From the NCBI GenBank assembly GCA_039815525.1, contig JBCBZF010000001.1:1-50284 (forward strand): a stretch of 50,284 bases of DNA, in the 5' to 3' direction. The notes under the pieces were generated by a model that was not told the origin of the DNA, made no database searches, and was given only the letters and a program-made list of their open reading frames with translations. The stretch's first letter is position 1, and each line of letters begins with the position of its first letter. Of the stretch, positions 20,333 through 29,524 are shown piece by piece. Made by a program: the position numbers and the translations under genes. The DNA comes from Bacteroidota bacterium (GTDB taxonomy: Bacteria; Bacteroidota; Bacteroidia; J057).

Positions 20333-20980
20333 TCAGTAATAAATGGACAAAGCCAGAGCTGGAAAATGGCATTCCTCCCCTCTTTTCCCTTCATCAAAGA
20401 CCAAACCTAGATGTGATTCATGCCCTTCGCAAAATGCGATTTGTGAAGAGCCATCTAATTGTTGCACCATTCCCTCATGCATTGCTTTCCGGGGAAGCTG
20501 AAAAATCGCCTTTGTCAATTTTTCCAAGCTCTTTGGATGTTCCCTCGGCTCATCAGCTTTTTTCTTTTGCCCTTTGAATGGCAGGCGAAAAGTCCATGGC
20601 AAAGAAAGCTGATGGGGGAATGCACAGACATCAATCGCCATGCCTTCCGGGAAGTATTGCGGTTGGTAGCGATGGGCTTGTGAAAAAAGTGGATCAGTTT
20701 CAGGCGTGTTGACCAAACATAAACCGAATCGTGCCGCGCCACTTTCTCTAAATTCAATTCGCTCCCATAGCCTGGTTTCTGCGGTTGGTGAACCTTTTAG
20801 TTCCCCTTTATCATGTGCCCAAAGAATCTCCAAAAAGAAGTTGTCGAAGTAGAACTTTCGATTGGTGGTGCCCTGACCGGGATGCACCCTGCTACTGCCT
20901 TCGGTCAGACCAAATTCAACCAATTCATTGGCTTCCTCGCCTTGCCTGGACGAACAGATAAAGATGTGATCAATGGTCAT
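20333..20980 (-). CDS. Glyoxalase-like (VOC superfamily, Glyoxalase_3-type) protein
   Basis: 215 aa, MTIDHIFICSS...VHPGQGTTNRKFYFDNFFLEILWAHD; the pattern is typical of Glyoxalase_3 domains. Confidence 0.75.
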   Translation of the reverse strand: MTIDHIFICSSRQGEEANELVEFGLTEGSSRVHPGQGTTNRKFYFDNFFLEILWAHDKGELKGSPTAETRLWERIEFRESGAARFGLCLVNTPETDPLFSQAHRYQPQYFPEGMAIDVCAFPHQLSLPWTFRLPFKGQKKKADEPREHPKSLEKLTKAIFQLPRKAMHEGMVQQLDGSSQIAFCEGHESHLGLVFDEGKRGEECHFPALALSIYY

Positions 20981-20992
20981 GGTGGATGATGA

Positions 20993-21613
20993 TTATTCAA
21001 GCCAAAATTCTCCCTTTGGTGTCTCAATCAAAAAGCGAAGGCGGGGATGCTTGCTTTCTGTTAGCGTTTCTGCAAATCCGAATTGTGCCAATACGCCTGC
21101 AACATGTTTTGGTTGTGGGTGAAGAATCTCCATCTCTTTCAGCTTTGCCTGTTGCGGCAAACTTTCGGTTGGATGGACGGAGCTACCCCAATCGACAAAA
21201 AATGGCAACACCTCTACTTCTGGCTCCGCCAGGGGCAGGCTAAGCTCCCACTGGAGCAGGCTACCATCGGTTTTCCTCCGACTTCCCTGATGAATGCTGG
21301 TCAGATCATCGCGGCCCAACTGCGCGGCATCTGCGGCTGCGTCATGACTCTTCAATGCCCAGCGTGTGATTCGCATATCCTGAATGAAGTCAATTCCCAT
21401 CCATCTTGGCGCAGCGACGGCAGTGTTTTCATGATCCACCGCCAAGACCTCAAAGTAGATGCCATCACCGAGGCCAAACAAGGCATTGTGGGTCCCCTGG
21501 TCTGGATGCTTCCCACCAGGAACGATATCAATTCCCAATATGGTGGTGAGTTGTTGGACTGCGGCATCCAGATCAGGAACTGCGCAGACGATATGATCAA
21601 TCGGATAGGCCAT
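20993..21613 (-). CDS. Glyoxalase-like (VOC superfamily, Glyoxalase_3-type) protein
   Basis: 206 aa, IDHIVCAVPDLDAAVQQL...GGKHPDQGTHNALFGLGDGIYFEVLAVD. It is a paralogue of the downstream gene, with a 12-nt gap. Confidence 0.8.
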   Translation of the reverse strand: MAYPIDHIVCAVPDLDAAVQQLTTILGIDIVPGGKHPDQGTHNALFGLGDGIYFEVLAVDHENTAVAAPRWMGIDFIQDMRITRWALKSHDAAADAAQLGRDDLTSIHQGSRRKTDGSLLQWELSLPLAEPEVEVLPFFVDWGSSVHPTESLPQQAKLKEMEILHPQPKHVAGVLAQFGFAETLTESKHPRLRFLIETPKGEFWLE

Positions 21614-21627
21614 AGAAACAGGACTTA

Positions 21628-22671
21628 TTAGGTGGTACTTTGTTTGGGTCGATGGATGACATTTTTCCCCAACAGACCTTTGACCAGATAATAGAGGTAT
21701 TCAGTTTTCAAAAGCTGCGTGGCAGAATCCTGGGATCTCTCCATGGGGAATCGTTGCAGATGTCGATCGAAGGTTTCGTGTTTGATTCCTGCGCACCCAA
21801 ATGAAGCATCCATGAAACCTTGATCTGGATGGAGACTTTGGGTGAAAAAATCCTCCGCTACCCCATCATCTGTAAAGGGAAAGGCAAAGATGCGATCCGT
21901 CATCCCGAAGTTTTCCTGAAGAAATTGGATGCTGTCGATGGTTTGTTTGTGCTGTTCTGCCAATGGAAGATCCCCATACATCGGATGATCCATGCTATGT
22001 GCCCCAATGCTGAAGCCTTGGCTGAGAAGATTTCGAACCTGCTTAGTGCTGAGATACGGCTGTTGTTTTTGGAGGAAAAGACCAAAATCGACTGCCAGAA
22101 TCTTTCCCGCCTGATCAAGGATCGCTTGCTGCTGATAAGTGATGTTTAAAAAAGAGGCAGGTCGGAGAAAAGGAAGTTGATGTGTAGAAAAGAGCGCTAC
22201 GATTTTTTTCTGCTGGGTAATAGAGATATCCGCCTTCATCATTCTATCAATCAACAGTCCGGCTTTAAACCGAAAAAAGAGCTGTCGATTGTCAAGAAAA
22301 GCAGGGTTCAGGAAAAAACAGGCCGGTACGCCTTTTTCCGCCAGAATGGGCGCAACGACTTCATGAATCTCTCGCAGACCATCATCAAAGGAAAGGAAAA
22401 AAGATGGCTTGTCTGGGGCTCGTTTTTCCTCAATCAGGGTTTTGAGTTCTGGCCAGGAAAGCGGCTGATAGTGTTTGAGAAGCGTATCGAGATCCTGACG
22501 AAACGTTTGGGAATTGCGAATGGGATAAATATGCTCTATGTGCGGGCAGGGATGATCGCTGCTGAGATGATAGACCGGGAGGAATAACTTCTCTCCACTC
22601 AGACGAATCAGGTGGTTCAGGGAGAAAAGAGGCGATAAGCCACGGAGGATCGTAAGCAATAAAGCTTTCAC
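21628..22671 (-). CDS. Polysaccharide deacetylase (NodB-homology) family protein
   Basis: 347 aa, FLSFDDGLREIHE... (TFDDG-like metal motif), GAHSMDHP (HSxxH motif). There is a 14-nt gap to the next gene. Confidence 0.85.
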   Translation of the reverse strand: MKALLLTILRGLSPLFSLNHLIRLSGEKLFLPVYHLSSDHPCPHIEHIYPIRNSQTFRQDLDTLLKHYQPLSWPELKTLIEEKRAPDKPSFFLSFDDGLREIHEVVAPILAEKGVPACFFLNPAFLDNRQLFFRFKAGLLIDRMMKADISITQQKKIVALFSTHQLPFLRPASFLNITYQQQAILDQAGKILAVDFGLFLQKQQPYLSTKQVRNLLSQGFSIGAHSMDHPMYGDLPLAEQHKQTIDSIQFLQENFGMTDRIFAFPFTDDGVAEDFFTQSLHPDQGFMDASFGCAGIKHETFDRHLQRFPMERSQDSATQLLKTEYLYYLVKGLLGKNVIHRPKQSTT

Positions 22672-22756
22672 ACTGAAAGATGCTCCTTCCGAATGGAATA
22701 ATCAAAAAACACTCCGCCAGAAGGCGGAGTGCAGAATCGTAATATGAACATTCTCC

Positions 22757-24925
22757 CTATTCTACAATGATTTTCCGGCTCCATATTCCGGATTGGGTCT
22801 GAAACTGCAGCAGATAGATACCAGGCAGCATGCCACCCACGTATATCTCGTTCTCCATATCTGACAGCAACTTTTCTCCCACCACTTTGCCTTCGATCGA
22901 CACCATCTTCATTTGGATACTTTCCTGTAGCGGACTGTCGAATACGATTTTCATCCACTCGGTAGCAGGATTGGGATAGAGTTGGAGATTGGCAGCCAGC
23001 CATGGGTCGTCCAGATCTGTGAGTACACCTGCGGTGGCATCGGCCACATTCGAATAATCAGAAGGCCCGAAGCTGTTGACGGCGCGGATGCGGTAATAGT
23101 AGGTAGTATTGTTGACCACATCCGCGTCCGAATAATTGGTTTGACTGGCCGAAATGGTATCAATCGGACTAAAATTGAGATTGTCGGTACTGCGTTCCAA
23201 TTGGATTTCGGTCGCATTGGTTGACAAATTTTGCCAGTCCAACTGAATCTCCGTCATGGTTGACTGCGCCAGCAGATTGATCGGTTTGATGGCCGGATTG
23301 CTTTGACTTTCATAAACGTACCGACAAGCCGCAAAGGCATCCAGTTTGCCATGGCCCCAGGTGGTATTGGGGACTGGCCCGGTGAAGGCATCCTGTATGG
23401 CGGTCATCTGTAGGATTGCCTTCGCTTCAGCGGCATCCAGATTGGGATCCAGTTCCAGCATCAGCGCAATGGTTCCGGTCACAATCGGCGCTGCGGCGCT
23501 CACGGCACTGGCCATTCCGTACAATCCATTTCCCCCCTGTACAACATTGAAGTCGAAAGTTGCCCACCAGGAATTGGGGCCATAGGACGTAATGACCCGA
23601 TCTCCAGGAGCACTCACATCAATGCCGATACGTCCATCAAAAGTAGGTCCAATGCTGCTGCCCAGCCAGATGTCAAACAAGTCTCCTTGTCCGGAAAAAC
23701 TTCTGGGAATTCCATTGATATCAGTCCAGGTGGTCCGCCCGATATAGGAATTGGGGCAAATGTTATAGAAAGCGGTGGCACCATCCCAGATATTTCCGGG
23801 AGCGGTGAAAGTCGTGAACTGATTGTCCAAAGCAGTCAAAAATGCCCGCGAAGGATTGAGGGTACCCTGAAAGAATCCATTGCTGATGGTGGTTCCGGTC
23901 AGGCGGATGGTATAGGTGCCTGGGCCTTGAAGTAATCGCAACCAGATTTCCCTGTGGTCATTGTCTGCACCAAAGAAGGTTACGTCCTTGCCGTTGTGGA
24001 AATACTGGATGATGTTATTAGAAATACTGCTGGAAGCATTGTTGTTTGTCGGTGCTGGAAGTGGTCCGGTGGACCCGGAAGGCGTAATGATTTCCACATC
24101 AAATCGATCATCACCATCATACCACAAATCCAAAATCAGGGCGCTGTTGCCATTCTTCTGGATCACAACATCAATGGTCTGTCCTTGCTGCAAAGTCCCC
24201 TCAGTTCGGTTGTTCATATTGCCGTCATCACCAGAGCCGGTCACGAATATGATGCCATCTTTCCCCGGACCGACCACTTCATCGATCTTCCTGCAAAGTG
24301 AGCTTGTGCCATCGGTTGGGCCGCCAGTAGACCCGAGATTCAGGAGCATCACGACAGGAAGGTTCAATTCAATGGCTTTGTCTTTGGCGAAATCGATAGC
24401 GGTTGGCAAAAGATCTGGATTGAAAAAGGCTGCTTCTGCTGGCTGATTGCCATGGGCTGGCGCGCCATCGGAGGTAACTTTGATGACCAGGAGCTTAGCT
24501 TTGGGTGCCACGCCTTGATAGCGGCGGTCTGGCAGGCCCCGTCCATTGCCAGTGGCAATACCAGTGGTGGTAACGCCATGGCCTACGGCGTCCCGGGTCG
24601 CCAATGGCGTGCCGCCGTTCAAAGCGGCATTGATATCGGCTTCGGTGTAAATGGTTCCCACACCGTAGGTATTGCCGGGTGCATTGGCACCGCTATTGTC
24701 CGTTAAATCAAAAATGTAGGCAATCCGCGTGCTGCCATCATCATTACGAAAGTCAGGATGTTCCCAATCCAGGCCGCGATCCAGAATGGCGACCAAGGTG
24801 CCTTCCCCACTGGCATCGAAGATTTCGTGAGCCAGGTCTACCCGGGTAAGTACCCGAATGGTGTCAGTGGCCCAACTCTGAAGAAACCAACAACTGAGGA
24901 TGAGGAACAATATGCTTCTTTTCAT
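22757..24925 (-). CDS. Secreted S8 (subtilisin-like) serine peptidase with FN3-like domain and T9SS C-terminal sorting domain
   Basis: Signal peptide MKRSILFLILSCWFLQSWA. Catalytic contexts are VAILDRGLD (Asp), GHGVTTTGIATG (His) and AVSAAAPIVTG (Ser). The FN3-like segment is ..EIQLDWQN...YYYRIRAVNSFGPSDYS. The CTD is LQLYPNPATEW...GIYLLQFQTQSGIWSRKIIVE. Confidence 0.9.
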   Translation of the reverse strand: MKRSILFLILSCWFLQSWATDTIRVLTRVDLAHEIFDASGEGTLVAILDRGLDWEHPDFRNDDGSTRIAYIFDLTDNSGANAPGNTYGVGTIYTEADINAALNGGTPLATRDAVGHGVTTTGIATGNGRGLPDRRYQGVAPKAKLLVIKVTSDGAPAHGNQPAEAAFFNPDLLPTAIDFAKDKAIELNLPVVMLLNLGSTGGPTDGTSSLCRKIDEVVGPGKDGIIFVTGSGDDGNMNNRTEGTLQQGQTIDVVIQKNGNSALILDLWYDGDDRFDVEIITPSGSTGPLPAPTNNNASSSISNNIIQYFHNGKDVTFFGADNDHREIWLRLLQGPGTYTIRLTGTTISNGFFQGTLNPSRAFLTALDNQFTTFTAPGNIWDGATAFYNICPNSYIGRTTWTDINGIPRSFSGQGDLFDIWLGSSIGPTFDGRIGIDVSAPGDRVITSYGPNSWWATFDFNVVQGGNGLYGMASAVSAAAPIVTGTIALMLELDPNLDAAEAKAILQMTAIQDAFTGPVPNTTWGHGKLDAFAACRYVYESQSNPAIKPINLLAQSTMTEIQLDWQNLSTNATEIQLERSTDNLNFSPIDTISASQTNYSDADVVNNTTYYYRIRAVNSFGPSDYSNVADATAGVLTDLDDPWLAANLQLYPNPATEWMKIVFDSPLQESIQMKMVSIEGKVVGEKLLSDMENEIYVGGMLPGIYLLQFQTQSGIWSRKIIVE

Positions 24926-24985
24926 AGCAGGAAGGTCGATTGTTTTCCCTGCTATGAAAAAAAGTACTACTTGGTTAACAAATGT

Positions 24986-25345
24986 CTAGCGATTGGGGTA
25001 GAAAATTTTTGTCGCCTCCAGTATGTCAGCCAGAGTATCCAATGGCAAGTCCGCTCCCGGGTCAATGCGTAGAATCTTCATTTTCGAACGCTTGCCCTGA
25101 ACCAAAGCCGGATGTTCAATCTTGCCACCATGTACAATGCCCACATAAGGCCAGCCTTTTTTCTCCTGCCAGAGATAGCAGTACATCTTCCCCCGAAACA
25201 GGAACATGGGCATCCGGTATTTCCAGGCTTCGGTAATTTCAGGGTCCAATCCGAGAATAAATTCCCTCAGAACAAAAAAACAGCTTCGATTGGGCTCTTC
25301 CTGCCTTTCGTACCAGGCTGCTAGTGGATTGTCAATGTCACTCAC
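24986..25345 (-). CDS. DUF1801 (YdhG-like) domain protein
   Basis: 119 aa, ...LDPEITEAWKYRMPMFLFRGKMYCYLW...; the pattern is typical of DUF1801. The start lies 1 nt after the M14 gene stop. Confidence 0.6.
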   Translation of the reverse strand: MSDIDNPLAAWYERQEEPNRSCFFVLREFILGLDPEITEAWKYRMPMFLFRGKMYCYLWQEKKGWPYVGIVHGGKIEHPALVQGKRSKMKILRIDPGADLPLDTLADILEATKIFYPNR

Positions 25346-25346
25346 C

Positions 25347-26570
25347 TTATTTTTTTATCAAAATCCGCATCATCTCCTCCGCAGAAACGGCTCCTTTGGT
25401 CTTGATCAGATCCCGGGGCGTCTCGTCGCCGATTTCATACGTAATGCCGACCGCTTTGAACTGATTGTAAAACCAGTTTTTAGACACCATCGCCCGGCTG
25501 GGTTTGGAGGCTCTTTCTTTACAGCAATCCTCTCCCATTCGACTCTCGATCTGATCCAGCCAATCTCGCGAAAAATTGCCGAGAACCTGGGTCTTCGGAT
25601 CAACATCATTGGTGTAGTAGATGTCGTACCAGGTGGAATGAAAGTCCATGCCCAAATGTACATCAGCTTTGCTCTTTTTTGCGATTCGCACAATGCGATC
25701 TGCGATCTGGCGAACTTCGGGTTGGATGTAAGTGCCCCAATCACGATTGGAATCAACCCCGGCGGCACCATGCCGCCAATGACCAAGATCCACACCGTCC
25801 GGGTTCATCAGCGGAAACACCAGCGTTCTATATTTATCCCGAAAGGCTTTTGCCAGCGCGTCTTCTTTCAGCAATCGCTCAACAAAAGATTGCATCGCCA
25901 GATAGCCGGTTACCTCCGGTGGGTGTTGCCGACTGATGATGACGAAAATGGGTTTTCCCTTCTCTCCTGCTGCAATGTCCAGACAAGGAATATTGCGTCC
26001 CAAACGAGAGGCTCCGCAATTTGCGAATGAAACCGATGTATGTGTGGCTTGTTGCTGGCACCAGGTACGTACCGCACTGGAAGGGGTGATTTCCTGAGCC
26101 GCAAGCCAACTGGTGTCGCTTTCCAGGATGAAGCTAAAACTTGCCTCGGTACTGTCATGATTCAAGACCACTGTTTCAGCATCAATGCTTTGCCAGTGTT
26201 TTCCATCGACTGAGTATTTGGGGAGGTATCGATGCTTGACATCTTGATAGTTAAGGGTGATCTGTATGGGCCCCCGCTGTTTGGAAACCATCCGAAAACC
26301 AAACCAGGGTGAGCTGTTGATCGGGGTATTTTCTGGTAAAATCCTGATCTCATAGCTTCCTTCTGCCAGCTCTTTGCAGTCGTTCATGCGGGCGCCATCA
26401 AACTGATTGTCAAAGGAAATGGCGTCAAATGCATAGGTCTTCTTCTCCTGATAAGAAATCGTTTTTTCTCCAACCAGGGCCGGATTATTGGGGGTAAAAG
26501 GCGTTGCATGTGGGCTACAGGCAGCGAGGAGACAGAAGATCAGGAAGTAGAGTGGTGTGTGTCGTTTCAT
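25347..26570 (-). CDS. M14-family zinc carboxypeptidase lipoprotein
   Basis: Lipoprotein signal MKRHTPLYFLIFCLLAAC. Zinc or active-site contexts are SRQHPPEVTG (HxxE), NPDGVDLGHWRHGAAGVDSNRDW and GMDFHS. Confidence 0.88.
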   Translation of the reverse strand: MKRHTPLYFLIFCLLAACSPHATPFTPNNPALVGEKTISYQEKKTYAFDAISFDNQFDGARMNDCKELAEGSYEIRILPENTPINSSPWFGFRMVSKQRGPIQITLNYQDVKHRYLPKYSVDGKHWQSIDAETVVLNHDSTEASFSFILESDTSWLAAQEITPSSAVRTWCQQQATHTSVSFANCGASRLGRNIPCLDIAAGEKGKPIFVIISRQHPPEVTGYLAMQSFVERLLKEDALAKAFRDKYRTLVFPLMNPDGVDLGHWRHGAAGVDSNRDWGTYIQPEVRQIADRIVRIAKKSKADVHLGMDFHSTWYDIYYTNDVDPKTQVLGNFSRDWLDQIESRMGEDCCKERASKPSRAMVSKNWFYNQFKAVGITYEIGDETPRDLIKTKGAVSAEEMMRILIKK

Positions 26571-26600
26571 TTAGGTAAAAAACAGTTTCCCGTACCCAAA

Positions 26601-26627
26601 GTCAATTCTGACAATTGACTACTTTTG
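26601..26627 (+). promoter_or_regulatory. Inverted repeat (possible operator) abutting a Bacteroidota -7 promoter element
   Basis: GTCAATT (26601-07) ctgac AATTGAC (26613-19) is a perfect 7-bp inverted repeat. It is followed directly by TACTTTTG (26620-27), which matches the TAnnTTTG -7 consensus, 10 nt upstream of the ATG at 26637. Confidence 0.35.
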
Positions 26628-26636
26628 AATGACAAG

Positions 26637-27341
26637 ATGCAGTATCTCTACGCCGAAAAACAAAACTTTGAAGACCTCTCCAGTGGACGGGTGATCTATC
26701 AGAAGGCTGGGGCTGCCACCTTCCCGGTCCGGCTGGCCAATGAAATTTTCTTACGCTGTTTCAATCATCTTCAGCCAAAAGGCCGGATCGTGGTGTTTGA
26801 TCCGATGTGTGGACAGGGTTATTTGCTGACAGTCCTGGGGGCACAGTTTGGAAAAAAGATCCGTAGTTTGATTGGTGCAGACATAGATCAGGAAGTCTTG
26901 AAAGTGGCAGAAAAAAATGTGGGTTTATTGACTTCGGTTGGACTGCATAAGCGGAAAGAAGAAATCCAACAGCTATATCACCAGTTTGGAAAACCTTCTC
27001 ATCAGGAGGCTTTACAGAGTGTAGAGAAATGGGAAAAATGGATTGCCCCGGCGATGGAAACCCAGTTAAGGTGTCAGGATGTTTTTCAGCCCAATTATCC
27101 ACTAACAGAAAAAGCGGATCTGATCATGACCGATGTTCCCTATGGTCAATTGGCCAATTGGCAACATGCACATGCTGAGCCAATGGAAAAACTGCTGGAT
27201 AGTTTAGGTGAAAGTCTAAAGCCCGGTGGCATCGTCGCCATCATATCTGACAAACAACAAAAGATGAAACCTTCTGGATGGATGAGGCTGGAGAAAGAGA
27301 AAATTGGCAAACGGAAATTTGAGATGTTTAGACGAGCATGA
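26637..27341 (+). CDS. Small class I SAM-dependent methyltransferase, (D/N)PPY-type amino-methyltransferase signature
   Basis: Motif I VFDPMCGQGYLL, acidic strand end LIGADID, motif IV IMTDVPYG. The listed TTG start at 26625 overlaps the putative -7 box, so the ATG at 26637 (MQYLYAEK...) is preferred. Confidence 0.8.
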   Translation: MQYLYAEKQNFEDLSSGRVIYQKAGAATFPVRLANEIFLRCFNHLQPKGRIVVFDPMCGQGYLLTVLGAQFGKKIRSLIGADIDQEVLKVAEKNVGLLTSVGLHKRKEEIQQLYHQFGKPSHQEALQSVEKWEKWIAPAMETQLRCQDVFQPNYPLTEKADLIMTDVPYGQLANWQHAHAEPMEKLLDSLGESLKPGGIVAIISDKQQKMKPSGWMRLEKEKIGKRKFEMFRRA

Positions 27342-28447
27342 AAATCGATTTACAGCCGCATATCGAACAAGTTCGGCAAGACTTTACCTGGCAACGCTTT
27401 TTGCTGGCTGAGTCTCCATACGACAAATTGATTCCCCGTCCGGAAGCCCTGCTCGCATGGCCCTATCGCGTCATGGAGACGCTGACGCCCATGATTGCAG
27501 AAGATGCTGCGCTGGGACGTGAATTTGATGCAGCAATGATTCAGACCATGAGCGAGCCGCAAGGACTGAGGCTTGCGGCCTATTATGCATTTCAGTGGGA
27601 TCGTTTTGCCAAGGGAGAAGTCCGGGGTCAATCTTTCACTGCTGACTTTGTAAGCGTCTTCAATCGTAAACTCCAACAGCACCGAGAGGCTTTAACGGAT
27701 ATACCGCAACGAGATGCGAGTGGGTTTTCCTATCCAGATGGTCAATTTGGGGAAGTTTGTGCCCTGGTTCGCAGATTGCGAGGCGTCGATCTGTTCGCTG
27801 AAATGGCTTTGCCAGCGGATGTGCGTACCGATATCGTATTGCCGGGGCGGAAGAAGACGGGTTCGTCAGCCGAAGATGCTGCACCGGGTGAAGGTGGCAC
27901 TCCTTCAGCAAACGCGCAGCGTGAATCGCTGCCCTTATCCATTGTTGAGGTGAAGCTGGACCCGCTGGCAGCGTCGACTGCCCCACCCTGTTTGTTCCTC
28001 AGCATGGATGAATATGGTACAGAAACCGGATTGCTCTATGGAGATCAGCTGAGCCTATCATTTCCCTTTGGATATGATTTTGTGTATGGGCCTCTTTCCA
28101 ACTTGCATAAACATCCATTTTTGATTGATCCAAAGCAACATGCTGAACTACGTCCTCATCTCCTTTATGAAGTCAAACATAGCAGTTGGCCACAACATAG
28201 GAATGAAGCAAGGGAAGCCTTAAGAGAGAAAGATCGACTCAGTGGGATGTTTCTGCAACGTGATGATGACTTCGAATTTTCATTTCGAATGATTGATGAA
28301 GCCCGTCATTTTCTGATTTTCTGGGACGAGAATCGGTGTTTGCAGATTCTGTCCAGGAAGGTCGACATCCATTTCCAGCCCGAACTCAATAACGTTTTTT
28401 CCACCTATCAGCAACGCTTTCATGCCTGGCTCCATGCAACTGATTGA
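27338..28447 (+). CDS. Hypothetical protein (N-terminal unknown domain + G/S/A/P linker + C-terminal domain paralogous to the next ORF)
   Basis: 369 aa. The ATG overlaps the methyltransferase stop (ATGA). No family was recognised. The C-terminal ~150 aa align by eye with ORF 28422..28829. Confidence 0.7.
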   Translation: MKIDLQPHIEQVRQDFTWQRFLLAESPYDKLIPRPEALLAWPYRVMETLTPMIAEDAALGREFDAAMIQTMSEPQGLRLAAYYAFQWDRFAKGEVRGQSFTADFVSVFNRKLQQHREALTDIPQRDASGFSYPDGQFGEVCALVRRLRGVDLFAEMALPADVRTDIVLPGRKKTGSSAEDAAPGEGGTPSANAQRESLPLSIVEVKLDPLAASTAPPCLFLSMDEYGTETGLLYGDQLSLSFPFGYDFVYGPLSNLHKHPFLIDPKQHAELRPHLLYEVKHSSWPQHRNEAREALREKDRLSGMFLQRDDDFEFSFRMIDEARHFLIFWDENRCLQILSRKVDIHFQPELNNVFSTYQQRFHAWLHATD

Positions 28448-28829
28448 TCTGTTTCCCGGCCACCTCTACAATGAAGCTACCCTGACCCGATCGATGATCA
28501 ATCTGGACAACGGGCGGGGTTTTCTGACCTTCGAGTATCGCATGCATGCACCATTGCATGAAAGTGGGCAGCAGACGAAGACGGGGATCATTTATCTGGA
28601 TGGAATTGTGGCCTGCCAGCCCTATGATGCATTTCCCCGGCAATATGATGGGGATTTTCGTTTGTCCAGCCTGGTGTATGAGGTTGTCAAAAGTGAATGG
28701 CTGGAAAGCTTGTCTTTCCATTCAGACGAAAAACATCACTATCTCATTTCTGGTGTCCATGATCAATACCTGGCAGTGATTGCCAGTTCGCTTGAGATCC
28801 GGGAGGAGACTGGCTTTCGGGCGTTTTGA
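28434..28829 (+). CDS. Hypothetical small protein (stand-alone copy of the domain at the C-terminus of the preceding ORF)
   Basis: ATGs at 28422 and 28434 both lie inside the 3' end of the upstream ORF, overlapping it by 26 or 14 nt. Shared motifs are TGIIYLDGIV..P, LVYEVVKSEW and LSFHSDEKHHYLISGVHDQYLAVIASSLEI. Confidence 0.6.
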   Translation: MQLIDLFPGHLYNEATLTRSMINLDNGRGFLTFEYRMHAPLHESGQQTKTGIIYLDGIVACQPYDAFPRQYDGDFRLSSLVYEVVKSEWLESLSFHSDEKHHYLISGVHDQYLAVIASSLEIREETGFRAF

Positions 28830-28894
28830 CTTTCTTTCCTCTCACCCTTTCTGGTACAGTACCTGCTCCCCGCTTCAGACACATCGGTCTGGGG

Positions 28895-29503
28895 CTACGA
28901 TTTTCGATACTGATTGGCGCGTTCATTCCGGGAAGCCATTTCAGCTGTCTGTGCAATGCGTTTCTGCCGGGTAGCGGGACGCTTCGCATTGAAAATCCAC
29001 TCCAAAATCCCGCGTTTGACGGATCTGGGGAATGCCGCGAAGAAATTAGTGGCTTGTTCGTATTCTGCGAATGCTGCGGCCAGATCATCTGGGATGACCA
29101 GATTTTCCACATCATCCAATGCCGTCCAGGTACCTGTCTCTTTGGCTAAGTCGACCATTCTCAGACCAGATTCATGCATCAGGCCCGCGTCCAGCATGCG
29201 GGCAATCTTTTCCTTATTGACCCGACTCCAGTTGCTTTTGGGATTGCGTTTGGAGAAGTATTGGAAAAAGCTTTTATCGTCCCGCTTATTGGGTTTGCTG
29301 TCGATCCAGCCAAAACAGAGGCCCCCATCCACCGCTTCCGGATAGGTGATGGATGGGGTACCGCTATCCTTTTTGTAAATGATGAGCCAGACACTTTCGG
29401 CCTGGTCATGGTTTTCCAGCAGCCAGGCCCGCCAGGCGGCGGGGCTTTCGGCATAAAATGTTGGGACACCATCGTCGCGCATACCTTCTATCGTGTTTCT
29501 CAA
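28895..29503 (-). CDS. YdeI/OmpD-associated (OmdA) family protein
   Basis: 202 aa, ...WRAWLLENH...VWLIIYKK...GWIDSKPNKRDD..., with C-terminal ...IPDDLAAAFAEYEQATNFFAAFPRSVKRGILEWIFNAKRPATRQKRI. An alternative start is M8 at 29482. Confidence 0.8.
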   Translation of the reverse strand: MRNTIEGMRDDGVPTFYAESPAAWRAWLLENHDQAESVWLIIYKKDSGTPSITYPEAVDGGLCFGWIDSKPNKRDDKSFFQYFSKRNPKSNWSRVNKEKIARMLDAGLMHESGLRMVDLAKETGTWTALDDVENLVIPDDLAAAFAEYEQATNFFAAFPRSVKRGILEWIFNAKRPATRQKRIAQTAEMASRNERANQYRKS

Positions 29504-29524
29504 GAGCTCAGATTACACAAAGAA

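Noticed and set aside
20191-20397. 69-codon N-terminal extension of the SBBP gene given by the ORF track
   Set aside because: The extension overlaps the 3' end of the upstream VOC gene and precedes a perfect signal peptide that starts at the internal Met (MKKHLYLLVWAALLLICT..). The internal start at 20190 is far more plausible.
25206-26030. 274-aa plus-strand ORF antisense to the M14 carboxypeptidase gene
   Set aside because: The minus-strand gene has a lipoprotein signal and all M14 zinc or active-site contexts. The + ORF has none.
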